In this document: positions 1 through 12,119 of the stretch, piece after piece
How the letters are laid out: every line of letters starts with the position of its first letter
Numbering within the stretch: position 1 is the first letter of the stretch
From: Malacoraja senta
Lineage: Eukaryota
Assembly (NCBI GenBank): GCA_038087875.1
Contig: JAXLNO010000053.1
Span: forward strand, 1-64,000
Length of the DNA: 64,000 nucleotides
Direction: 5' to 3'
Position numbers and translations under genes: made by a program
The notes under the pieces: generated by a model
Databases searched by the model: none
The model's input: the letters and a program-made list of their open reading frames with translations, nothing else
Told to the model about the DNA's origin: nothing

Positions 1-911
1 GCACACTAACCACCCCACACACACACAGGGGGGGAGGATGTGGAGGAGACAAGGAGAGGGGGAGATGGAGAGGGGGAGGAGATGGGGAGAGATTGGGGAT
101 GGGGAGGAGAGGGGGGGAAGGGGGAGAGAGAGAGAGAAAGAGAGAGAGGAGGGGATAGAGAGACAGGGAGAGTGGAGGGGAGAGAGAGGGAGAGAGAGGG
201 GAGGGGGAGAGAGAGGAGGGGAGAGAGAGACGGGGAGAGAGAGGGGGGGAGAGAGAGGGAGAGAGGGGGAGGGAGAGAGGGGGAGGGAGAGGGGGAGAGA
301 GAGGTGGGAGAGGGGGTGGAGAGAGAGGGGGTGGAGAGAGAGGGGGAGAGGAAGAGGGGAGTGGAGGAGGGGGGAAGAGAGTAGAGGGGAGAGAGGAGGT
401 GGGAAGAGAGGTGGGAGAGATGAGGGGAGAGAGGGGGAAGTGAGTGGGTAGAGGGGAGAGGAGGTTGGAGGGGAGAGGGGGTTGGAGGAGGGGAGAGGGG
501 GTTGGAGGAGGGAAGAGTGGGGTTGGAGGAGGGGAGATGGACGTTGGAGGAGGGGTGGGGAGCAGAAGGGGAGAGCAAGAGGGCGGAAGGGAAGAGAGAG
601 TGGGGAGGGGGAAGAGGGGAGGGAGGGAGGGGGAGGGGAAGGGAAGAGAGAGTGGGGAGGGGGAAGAGGGGGGGAAGGGAGGGAGAGGGGGAGAGGGTGA
701 GATCCATTCAACACGCGGTTGCCGGGGTGTGTGGGCAGGTTGCTGCGTCTCACACACACACACACTAACCACCACCCCCCCTCACACACACCATCCCCCC
801 AACACACACACTGACCACCCCAGCACACACACTAACCACCCCCCCCCCCCCAACACACACATTAACCACCCCCACCCCCACCCCCCCAAACACACACACT
901 AACCACCCCCC
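1..911. repeat. GA-rich low-complexity tract flanked by (CACACACTAACCACCCC)-type repeats
   Basis: Direct inspection. Confidence 0.9.
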
Positions 912-1189
912 TTGATATTATATTAATATTATTAATTGGGCAACTATCTTAATTTTGTAGCTCTTGTTCATGTTCTGGCTCTCTAACTACTTCCATTAAC
1001 TCATGAACTGTGATAGCCACAGACTTCCCATGCCAGAGATCCAGGTTCACTCCTGACTTTAAGTGCTTTCTGCGTGCAGTTTGCCCATTAGAGTAATACA
1101 GTGTGGAAACAGGACCTTTGACCCAACGTGCCCACATGGGCCAACAATGTCCCACTTGCCCGCGCTTGGTCTATAACCCGCAAACCTCG

Positions 1190-1857
1190 AGAAGCTGCGT
1201 ACGCCCTCAATGGGGCTGCGGGCCGACAGGCCGTTGACGCGCCGGCTCTGTGACGCTGGCTGAAGGCAAAGATGGGTTGTTCCGCCACTGCTTTTCGGCG
1301 GCCTCGGAAAGAGGACGGCGAAAAGCAGAGGGGGGAGAGACGATGTTTGGCTTGAGAGAGCCGGCCCTGGGGGAGGGGCGGGGGGTAGTGGAGGAGAGCC
1401 GAGCGGCAGGAGTGAAAATCGCCAGCGAAAAGAAAAATCTCTGCGTTTTTGGAGGAGAGCCGGGCGCTTGAGCCAGCGTGAGAGAGCCGGCCCGGGGGTG
1501 GGGGGTAGGTAGTGGAGGAGAGCCGGGCGGCAGCTGCGAATATCGCCAGCGAAAGAAAAAAAATGTCTGCGTTTTTGGAGCAGAGCCGGGCGGCAGTAGC
1601 CGTTATGGTGGCTGGCCAGCAGGAGGCGAAAAAATGAGTGAGTGTGGGGGGGGGGGGGGGTGGATTTTATTAATAAATGTGTACATAAAAATGTCTAAAT
1701 CTAATAAGGTGTGTTAGGGTATGTAAAAGTGTAATGTCTAGCGAAATGGAAAAAATCGCGGAGCTTTCGCATGTGGTTTTGGCGGAGCAAGGAATCAAAG
1801 GCCAAATCTGACACCCACAAATAAATAAACACACACACACAGAGTTTTAAAAGTATA
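1190..1857 (-). mobile_element. Helitron-like element A (5' end interrupted; left boundary unknown, may extend past position 1)
   Basis: Begins TATACTTTTAAAACTCT like B; shares the TTTATGTACAC...TTAATAAAATCC-polyC core with B, B' and 30270-30480. Confidence 0.6.
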
Positions 1858-2322
1858 CTAGACCAAGTGCAGACCCGTTGGGTCTGGTCCCCGAAAGTGC
1901 TTGACACCCCGGGGTGTTGTTCCCGAACGTGCTTCAGACCCCAGGGTGAAAATGTGCTGAAAAAAAGATGGCGTCGTTTTCGGAAAAAATCGGAGAAAAT
2001 CGGCGAAAAAAAGATGGCGTCGTTTTCGGAGAAAATCGGGGGAAAAAAGATGGCGTCGTTTTCGGAGAAAATCGGAGAAAATCACATTGGGGTTGGGGGG
2101 GGGGATGGATTTTATTAAAAAACGTGTACATAAACAGGACCGAATTTAATCAGGAGTGGCTATTCGTAAAGATAAATGTCATCTCTTTGGAAATGGTGAA
2201 AAACGTGGGCCTTTCCGCGCGCCGCTTGGGCGTCGGGCCGTATCAAAGGCCGCGCGGCAAAGTCAAGCAGACCGTCGGACGTACAGACGGACGACAGCCA
2301 GAGAGTTTTAAAAGTATATAGA
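1858..2322 (-). mobile_element. Non-autonomous Helitron (element B)
   Basis: Minus strand A|TCTATATACTTTTAAAACTCTC...AGACCC-AAC-GGGTCT hairpin...CTAG|T; no TSD; near-identical copy at 32594-33047. Confidence 0.85.
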
Positions 2323-2324
2323 TA

Positions 2325-2746
2325 CTAGACCAAGTGGGACCCATTGGGCCAAATAGATTATTGGGCTGGCAGCTCAGTCACTCTAGTCTGGTGTGCTGGT
2401 AGCTCACTCACAGCTGGTTGACTTCCAAGCAGAGTGCAGGCCACCAAATTCAAATGAAGTTTCCTACCATTTCAAGCAGAGTGCAAGGCCACCAAATTCA
2501 AAAGCAGTTTCATACCATTTCAAGCAGGGTGCAAGGATGTAAATCTAAAAATGTTAATAACCTGTAAAATATAACAATAATCTGAACGCAACTTGACACA
2601 AACCACCACAGGACAATTGTGAATAAGGTGGTGCAAATTTTTTAGCACCACCTTATTCGTGTACCGTTTTGGCTTAGTTCCGGGGATCACATACACCCGC
2701 AAAGATAGAAACAAACAAGACAAGAGTTTTAGTAATATATAGAAGA
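2325..2746 (-). mobile_element. Non-autonomous Helitron (element C)
   Basis: 5' TCTTCTATATATTACTAAAACTCT; 3' GGCCC-AAT-GGGTC...CACTTGGTCTAG|T; internal ~49-bp tandem repeat at 2422-2537. Confidence 0.8.
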
Positions 2747-4019
2747 TAGATAGATTACATACTCATCTTATGGGTGTGCATGCAAGTTTAAATGGCTGAA
2801 AGCTGGCAATTCAATTTAGACCAGAGGTCACAGCCATGAAGACCTGGCCTGTTGGCCAGGCTTTGTCTTTCCTAACTCAATTACAAGTGCAGACAAGAAT
2901 TGGAAACAATATTTTCTCAAGGACAACTCATAACATCTGCACGACCATGTCTATTGATAGATTACAGATTTCTCTGTGAAGAGTATTAAAATTAACACAT
3001 AAGCACATTCACAGAAGAATCCAAAACTCAGAGAATAATTGATACAAACTTACTTGTTTTTTTAACTTTGGAAATTATAAGCATTTGTAATCAAATAAAG
3101 CTTTCTAAAAGTCCAATGTTAAACTGTTATGATTTAACTTGTACATAACCTGAGCTTCACCAGGATCAAACATACTTTGATATTATTAATGCGCTATATT
3201 TTTTTACATTAGCCAATGAAGCAGTCATACCCAAGAACAGCATTGTTCAATAATAATTTTTTGACCAGTTATTAGACTATTAACACAAAAACTATTTTGG
3301 TGAACACTTTCATTTTTTATCCATTTGCTGTATTATATAGATCTGTTATTCTCAACGATCACTTACAACAAACATTCAGCAGATGTTCTCTTAAACTCCC
3401 CCCTATTAAAAGCTTTGTGCCTTACTTCAAAGAAAGCCACAATGCCTTCAAGCTAAGTGGGATGCTGAAAGGATTAAACCATCAGAAGAACAGGGCACAA
3501 CTTACTAAATTTGCCATTGCATTAAAGTGCCACTGTACTTAACAGATGGGGTGCAATCTGCAGTTCTCTCAATGTGGTAACTCTGATGGCAAATTGCCCA
3601 AATGTACACAATAGTATCCTGCTGCTGTTTATCTAGAGACTGAAAAAAGTACCAGCACTCTAAGACTAATGCTATAGCCAAGCTAATTTTTTTCTATTTT
3701 TCTGCTTTTTGCTCCCCCTCATGAGCCCATTAAATGAAAAAAAACAGAATATGATCCAGACATATTTTGCCATCAGCCTGATCGGTACTTGATGCTTGAT
3801 CAATGTTTTGGTAAGATCAATCAGAATAACCACTCAAAGGGTGCAATGTTATACATGCTAGTGCCCAAATGCATCTTCAGAATTAACAGGAGAAAAAAAG
3901 AACTTTAAAGATATGCAACTTTCTCATTTGGAATAATCTTCTATTTTAAACTCTCAGCTCTTCCTGTCGGAAAAGCACAGCACCAAGTAAGAGAAAGTTA
4001 ATGTTTCAGATCCTGGAGC

Positions 4020-5790
4020 CTTCACATCTTTGCTGATGATACAAAAGCAGTGGGTTTCAAATTAACTTCAATGTAATATAGACAAGCTGAGTGAATAGGC
4101 AGATTGAATAAGGCAAATGTGAAGTTACTGATGGGCAAGATTTAAAAATAATTATTTTTGTTAAATCGTGAGAGATTGGATAAAATTGATTTTGAAAGAA
4201 CCTTGATGACTATACACTGAAATCCAATGTAGATGCAGCAAGGAGGAAAGCAGCATGTTGGCATTTATTATGAGGAGAGTTCAAGACTAAAATATTTAAC
4301 TTCAAAAACAGAGCTCTGGTAAGACAGGTCTGGCAATTACATTTTTGGTCTTTCGTGCAATAGACAGGTGGGTGAAAATTCATTACACTGGTTCCAGGGA
4401 TGGTGGATTCACTGTAAAATGAGAGATTGAGTAAAATGGGACTTTATTAAGAGTTCAAAATGATGAGATCTTGACCAAGCTTATAGAATGCTTAACCAGC
4501 TTGACAGAGGAAGAGTCCAGAACCAGGGTACACAATCTCCAATCCCATATTTTAACAGATTTCTTCAATGAAGAGTAATTAATCTCCTCTATCCTGGAAG
4601 ACAATGGAAGCCGAGTCATTGTATACTTCCAAAAACAACAACATTTTGAATAAGGTAATCAAATAATGTGGATACTGCAAGGAAAATGGCAGATGTAGTA
4701 AATCGGCATTGATCTTAAAGAAAGATGAGCATGTTCCAAAGGCCAAATAGTCTACTCTAATTCAATTTTTTTTCCTTAAAGCTACACTAAGAATTATTTA
4801 TCAATACTTGCATTGTATCTTGTTTCTTGAAAACTCAATTCATGATTGTTATATCCATTTCATCATTCAGAGATATCACATAATTAAGAAACTCTCCCAT
4901 GTCTTAATGTCTAGATTGAGCTTGGCTCAATCAAAAAAAATCAGAATACACTAAAATCTCAAACAGCCAAAATCAAATATGATTCTGCCAAGTTATGCCA
5001 TGATTGACCCATTTAAATTTATACCGACCAACAATATATGTGACAGTAACAAAGACAAGAGATCTGCCTTACAACAATACTTTGATTTCTCCCTCTGCAC
5101 CTGAATCGTTGATTTCCTGACCCACAGACATCAGTAAGAACAGGCAACAAAACATCCTCCACAATAATTCTCAACAATCTTGCAAGGTTGCGTTCTCAGT
5201 ACTTTACTAATCTACCAATCCACTCACAACTGTGGGCCAAATTCTGCTCTACCTCCATTGAGTTGGCCATATCTCAAAAAAAAGATTAGATGGATTACAG
5301 GAAGGGGATAGAGAGCAGAGTAATATGGTGATTGACCTATTGCCATTATTTTTGAAGACATAATCAAATATGATTGCTGATTTTGGTGATGGCCAAGGTA
5401 GGAAAACAGGATATGAAGACAAAATGAGTCCACAAAGGGATCTAGATTAATCAAGTGCACAAAGATCTGGCAAATTAAGTATGTGGGAAATTTTGAAATT
5501 CTTTGTTTTGGCAAGAACAATAATAGGTATAAGATTGCACAGATATGAGTTGCAGAGAGATCTAGGTGCCCTAGTGGATTTGAAAAAGGCTAACAAGAAA
5601 TTAGGAAAGCTAATTACCATTTATACTTGGAAATTGGATATAAATTTGGCAGATTGTGCTTCAGTTATACAGGTCATTGGTGAGAGCAATTTAGAGGCAT
5701 TAAGTACATTATTGGTCCTACGGAATGATGCAAGTCCATTGGAAGCAATTCAGAGATTCAATACAGCAGTACCTGGAATGGACAGGATTC
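4020..5790 (+). mobile_element. Old CR1-like fragments (two patches, ~4020-4760 and ~5330-5790)
   Basis: FADDTK codons at 4030; LQRDLG and LEAIQR..PGM remnants. Confidence 0.5.
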
Positions 5791-6026
5791 TGGTTAGAAT
5801 TCTTTGTTTCTACATCTTAATACCATATTACAATGACTTTGCCTGTTATCTTGCATTGTCCAAGTGCCCCAAAGCCATTAATTATAGCTTCAAACATTTT
5901 TGTGATGACATACAAATATGGTTATACTGATACAACTGTCATACATTTCATTACTTTCACTGGATCCCTGCGATTTCTCAGTATTTTAGCTTCAGTTAAT
6001 ACTTTTAATGTCATGCTAGTGTATTA

Positions 6027-6899
6027 CCGGAGGAGGCGCTGTCCAGAACGGCTGCCTGTCCTGCAGCTGTCCGTTTTTTTCCCTTCTTTTTTTATTATTT
6101 TTAGTACGTTGAGTGTGCAGTCAGGGGACCTAATCTTTTTATGTGTGGGGGGTGGTGGGGGGGAAGGGGGAAACTGCTTTTCAAGTCCCTACCTGGTCGG
6201 AGGGGTTGCCTTCCTCCGAGCAGCGCCTTCGACCTGTCCTTGCGGCTTACCAGCGGGTCCTGGAGCGACGTTTCCCTGAGGGGACCTGGCCAGAACATCG
6301 GCTTTGGCGGCGGCGCAGAACATCGGCTTTGGCGGCGGCGCAGAACATCGGCTTTGGCGGCGGTGCAGCGCTGGAGCGCTGTCGTGGAGCGGGCGATGCC
6401 TTTCCTGGGTCGCCGTGCCGGAACTCCAGTATGCTGGGACCGCCGATGAGAACATCGTGGAGCAGCGGTTCTGTGGAGCGGCCAGCTGCGACGCTGAATG
6501 TTACATCCCGGAGCCTGGGATCTCTCGCTGAGATTGCCAGTGTGTGGAGCTCCGTCCGGCGCGGTCTGTTGGCTTGGAAGCCGCGGTCTTCGGTGGGAAG
6601 GTGGTCGTTCCTGGTACCCCAAGCCGCTGGGGGTTCTCCCGACGCCAGAGCACCATCACCCGGCGAGAACATCGGGCGCCGTGGCGGCGACTGTGGAGGC
6701 CTCAGTGGGCCCGACTCTGGGTGGACAAGAGGATGGGGACTGGACTTTGTGCCTTCCCCCACAGTGGGAACCACTGTGGGGGGGATGTTTTGGTGTTGAA
6801 CTTCTTTTTAATACTATGTTGTATTTTATTAGTGTGCTGCAAGGACATCTGAATTTCCCCTGAATAAGGGGATTAATAAAGTCTAATTCAATTCAATTA
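6027..6899 (+). mobile_element. Non-coding GC-rich retroposed element with LINE-like 3' tail
   Basis: Ends in AATTTCCCC..GGGGATT hairpin, AATAAA and (CAATT)n; same block order as 10090-10853 and 42046-42796; internal 25-bp repeat x3 at 6291-6365. Confidence 0.6.
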
Positions 6900-7009
6900 C
6901 GACATTATATATTAATCTAGGTCGTTCAGCTTTTCATTCATTTCACATTTAGAGATAACTGGCTTCCTCTGACAATTAATTTGCACGATCTACATCCATG
7001 GAGTAGGTG

Positions 7010-10000
7010 TAGCAGAAATACAAACATTCGAACAAGTCATTCCTCCAGTACCCGGACGTGGCGCCGACAGACAAGAAGCCGAAGCAAAGAAGTCGAAGCC
7101 AAAGAACGGAATGGAGACGAGGCCGGAACGCTAATAAACCGAAAGAGTCCGAAGACGAAACGCCTACTAACCGAAAGGATGGGACGCCTAAATGCAAACT
7201 AACTGAAAGGGCGGGACGCCTAAAAGCCAACGAACCGAAAAGCTGCGTCACCTAAAAGCAAACTTACCAAATGGCCGCTCTGTCGAAACGCCACCTACCC
7301 GAAAGGCGGCGTCGGCTACAAGCCAAAGGACCGACTGCCACTCAACAGAAAAGTCCAATAACGGACATGACGTTGCCGGGGGGTGGGACTTATCAGCGAT
7401 TGGTCCAGACCCCCGCGTCCATCACATCACTGTGAATGCATGAACATTGTCCCAAAACCTCGCTCCACCCGACCCGCAGCCCGCGGAGGGTGACCGTGGG
7501 AGAGTGGGGGCTGCACACCTTAGGCCGCTTTCAACTTGTCGCTTGGGTTCAGATTGCCCAGTCACCTATGGCTTGTGTGGGAAAAAGAACCCCACGCTCC
7601 CGTCAAGCCCTTCTCCCTCTCCTCCTCTCTCTCCCCTCTCCTCTCCCTTCTCTCTCCCCCCCTTAAAATGCCGTTTTCTCCTGCCTGTCCGAGATATATT
7701 TTCTCGGGCTACTACCTGATGCTGAAAAATCGTTCCGACTGCCGTTCTCGGATTTATTTATTTTTAAACCGCAGGACAATTTAAGTGCAGGAGTAAAATA
7801 AAAATCTACTTCTAACGCCGTCAACGGGATGGATCTCACGTACGGGACAAAACATAAGGCAAGTCGTTTATTTTACATATAAACTTGCTTCTTACGATTA
7901 CTTTAATCAAAATTTCATCGGCAAAAATGTGATTATGTAAATATACAAACCGGCAGTGTTTCTCCTGCCAATATAGGGTTTAAATTCACCGCAAACCGCA
8001 ACGTTCCAAACGATCGCGTTCCACAAAATCTCACTCGCAAGATGATTTAAATGGCCATTAATTTACGGGAATTAAACACTAAATTCCTTCCATTTGGCCT
8101 ATAAATTCATGACAATGAGATTTTTAAATTATGTTATATTGTGAATTCTTGTGTGAATGTTATTTGGACACCGGCTATTTAAAAATGTTAACCTTTTCTT
8201 AAGAAATGGATAGATGTTTAGATCTAGTAATTGAATTTTGTAATTAGCTACAATTAGGTAACTAACTAATTATATGCTTTAATTTCAGGTCATCCAAGTA
8301 AGATTGTTTCATATTTGTTTCAGAATGCTTCAATCTATAATAACTGAAAATTTCATTCAGTTCTCTTAACTTTTAAGAAAGTTATGGGCTTTTGACTGTC
8401 CTCGATCACAGCTTTTGAGTTAAGTCAATGGAAAAGCAATAGGGAACAAGATGCTAATTTCAGAGTATGAAAATGGCCATAACTTTTTTAATACTGAAGA
8501 TATGAAAGTGAACTAGGTGTCAAATTAAACTTCTTTTTATGCTTTATCTTTTTTTTTTTTTGAAAATATTTTTTATTGGAGAAAAGTACACAACCTATTA
8601 ACATCATTACAGTCTTACATTTTTAAATTGATAATATTATCAATTATTATTACATTGTCTCGAATACCTTTTGCCTTTTTTTTTTTAAACTAGATAGAAC
8701 TAAAAAGATAGATGAAGTAAAGAAAGAAAAGAGTGAGAAGAAAAAGAGAAAAGAGAAAACAAAAAAACAAAAAACAAAAAAAAGAAAAAGATGGTTAAAG
8801 AAGAATGGAAAAATGTATTAAAATAAAAAACTTCATTCGAGATATATTCGTACATTTCAGAGTATAGCATTTCATCCATTCTTTAGCCCGAGCATTAGTC
8901 AGGTTCCTGTGCTGAACCATTCTGACCCTTTAAATAATCAATAAAGGGAGACCATGTTCCAACGAATAATTCCTGTTTGTCCAACAGGGAAAATCTGATT
9001 CTTTCCACGTTTAAGGTCTCCGTCATTTCTATAATCCACATTTTGATTGTGGGGGCCGTAGGGCCTTTCCAAAATTTTAGAATTAATTTTTTTCCTGTTA
9101 TTATACTATAATCAATAAAGTTTCTTTGTGATGTTGTAAATGTTTGATTTAATTCTAATGTTCCGAGTATTATTAATTTTGGATCCGGGTCCACTTGTGT
9201 GCTGGTCACTTTAGATATTATACTAAAAATATTTACCCAGACTTTTTTAATTTTTATACAGTTTGCAAACATATGAGATAAGGTAGCTTCTAAATGTTGA
9301 CATTTATCACATATAGGTGAGATATGTTGAAAGATTTTATGTAATTTTGTTTTTGAATAATGTAACCTATGTATTACTTTAAATTGTATTAAAGAATGTC
9401 TGGCATTTAATGAACATTGATGTATGTGTTGTAAACTTTCTTCCCAAGTATCTTTCGTTATTATTTGATTTAATTCTTTTTCCCATGTTTGTCTGTGTAA
9501 GTCCGTCGATGGAATGTCACTGTCTAATAAGATATTATATATATAAGATATTAATTTTTCTGTATTAGGATGTTTATTCCAACATTCGTCAAGAATTTCT
9601 GAATTTCTAATTCGAAAATTTTGAGTATTCGATTTTACATAATCTCTGAGTTGAAGATATCTGAAATAATCATTTCCTCGAAGTCCATAAGTCTGTTGCA
9701 ACTCCTGAAATGTCAGAAAAGTGCCTTCCTTATAAAGTTGTCCCATATTTTTAATTCCATAATTCTTCCATTGTGTAAAACCCCTGTCCAACCATGAGGG
9801 CTTAAACAAAGGGTTATTCACAATTGGGAGAAAAAGTGATAAATTATCTAATTTTAATGTCTTTTTTAATTGTTTCCAAATTCGTATGGCACTAAATATT
9901 ATAGGGTTTTCCCTATAAATGTTTTTGTTTAATTTAGATGTAGCAAATAATATCGAACCGATATCAAAAGGCAAACAATCTTCCTTTTCCATTTTTAACC

Positions 10001-10086
10001 AATCTGGTTGTTGATCTATTTCTTCCAACCAGATGGGATAAATTGCAGACTTGATTTTTTAAATCTCAAAATATTGTAACATTGCT
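7010..10086. mobile_element. Probable non-autonomous DNA transposon interrupted by the L1
   Basis: Imperfect inverted ends (TAGCAGAAATACAA.. / ..TTGTAACATTGCTA); degenerate CCGAAAG-type subterminal repeats at 7050-7370; CpG-retaining body; superfamily unresolved. Confidence 0.4.
8549..10031 (-). mobile_element. 5'-truncated L1-clade LINE (ORF2 C-terminus, 3'UTR, poly-A)
   Basis: Uninterrupted ORF 8895-10028 with FRYLQLR, QFKVIHRLHY and a CCHC knuckle (CDKC...HMFANC); AATAAA and A-tail at 8549-8577. Confidence 0.9.
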
Positions 10087-10089
10087 ACT

Positions 10090-10853
10090 AAAGAGTACAC
10101 AATACACGATAGAATTTAACATGAACCACACACAGCGGAATCAACATTTCCCACTGTGAGGGAAGGCAATAAAGTTCAGTCATCTTCCTCCTTGTACACC
10201 CGTGGTCGGGGCCTTTGAGCACTCCACAGTCGCCGCTATGGGCGGCCCGATATTCAGGCCCTCCCCCCGGTTGATCGGAGCTCCGGCGTAGGAAGGGAAG
10301 AACACACTCGGCGGCTTGGAGTTTCCGAATCGGCCGTATCCTACAGGAGACCGCAGTTCCCGAAGTCCAGAGGCCGAGCTGGGCGGAGATTCAACACTGG
10401 TGACCCTCGGCAAAGGATCCCAGGACTCTGCGATGTTAAAGTCAGTACCGCCCGCGCCTGGAAGCTCCGCAAACCACAGCTCCACAGTGTTAAAGTCAGC
10501 AGGCCCAACACTCCGGAGCTTTAACAGGCGATCCCCGGTAAGGCATCGTCCCACTCTGTGATGGAATTCAGTGCTGCGCTGCTGCTGAAGCTCTGGGACC
10601 ATGGTCTCCGGCAGGAAAGGCCGCGCCAATCCAGTTGGTAGGCCACGGGGGGGGGGGGGGGGGGCGAAGATGCGACTCGGAGAAAAGACTCATCTCCGTC
10701 CAGGTTGACTGGGAAACGCTTTCCCCCTATTCCCCCCCACATATAAATGACTAAGAAACCTTTAAAACATACTTTTTTACATACTAAAAATAACAAAAAG
10801 GGTGAAAGGACGAACAGGTGCTGGCGAGGCTGCCACACACGATGACGCAACCT
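10090..10853 (-). mobile_element. Second member of the GC-rich non-coding family (3' tail missing)
   Basis: Shared T-tract, TATGTGGGGG..GGGGGAA and ACTTT..GCCTTCC..CACAGTGGGAA blocks. Confidence 0.55.
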
Positions 10854-12119
10854 GATGGACAGTGATGGAGGCCAAGTTATTGGGTATTTTTAAAGCGGAG
10901 ATCAATAGGTTCTTGATTAGTAAGGGTGTACTAGATGGTGTACCACTCAAGTCTCCTTTGAGGATCACCACTTTGTCATGTTGAAGATTTTACCCAAGAT
11001 CCTGAAAAGTTAATGTCAGGAGCAATGGGCCTGGCAGGACCTCCTATACTGGGCAGGATTAGAGGGAAATTCTTGTCAAAGCCCTGCATAAGATGACAAC
11101 CTCTATGGTGAAACAGGTGGAGAATGGTGGCTGGGCAGAAGATGGAGCACCACAACATCTGAGAAGGTGGAAGGGAGAGACTTCCAACTGTCGTGGAATT
11201 CATGCCATTGAGCCCAGGTCTGACTTTGTAAATGACCTTGCGGTGGCTCTCCAAGCACAAGCCCCCCCACATTAAAAGATGTCACGCAGAGCCATCCACC
11301 TGAAGGGACATAACACCTGCTATCCTGCAATAAAGTGGCTACAGGATTGGCTTTTTCAAGTGATCGTTGATGCTGGTGATTACCCAAGTGGTAGAATTAC
11401 ATTCTTCCTTGCAAATGGACAGTATTTTATATTCACAACATACAACTTGAAGATTATGGAAAAGCTTTCAATAAGCAGGAGCGCCCACTTTCTACCGTCA
11501 TTCCAGTATGTGATCCCATTAATTTAATGAATCCCTTGGTCAGTGGTAACAGTAACATCATTCCAAATCTAACTTCCATCCCATTTAAGATGTCAATGAA
11601 GGCTCATTTGGCAATGGTAATGCTACTGAATGTTAAAGAGGGATGTTCAGACTTTATCAAAATGGTCATTATGTAGTAATTATAAGATACAAAACATTAC
11701 TTGATGTGCAACTGTAAATATATGATTTTAATCCAGGCTTTGCTGCCTTCCTCGGCTACTGCTTCATATTTGGAAGAATAGTATAGAACAAACATCCCTA
11801 TATTTTTTCTTTTTAATGATGGGAGCTCAATGAAGCAGCAGTTGGAGATTTACTAAGCTTAGAACATTGCCACAAGAAACTCCTGCAGCAATATCTTGAG
11901 CAGTCATGATCGTCCCCCAACTATCAGCAGTGTTCACATACAATTCCAACCACTGGAGAATATTTCCTTTGATTCTCTTTGACATTGCTGGGAAGATACC
12001 AATGTTGTACTGTAATGATACAGGTGTCATGCTTGGCAGGTGGTGTAGCTGGCCCTATAAGACAGGTTTTCAATCACAGAAGCATGCTGTCAAGGCTCAA
12101 TTTTTGCTGCATCTGGTTC

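Noticed and set aside
6..902. Long P/S/L- or G/E/R-rich ORFs (also 30548-31087 and 47109-48457)
   Set aside because: Translations of low-complexity and minisatellite DNA, open in many frames
6291..6365. CRISPR-like repeats (also 1963-2082 and 47445-48412)
   Set aside because: Tandem repeats without unique spacers, no cas genes, vertebrate context
6101..6863. Overlapping 100-218 aa ORFs (also 42177-42690, 46143-46804, 61509-62232)
   Set aside because: Stop-poor GC-rich repeat or CpG-island sequence; no recognisable protein motifs
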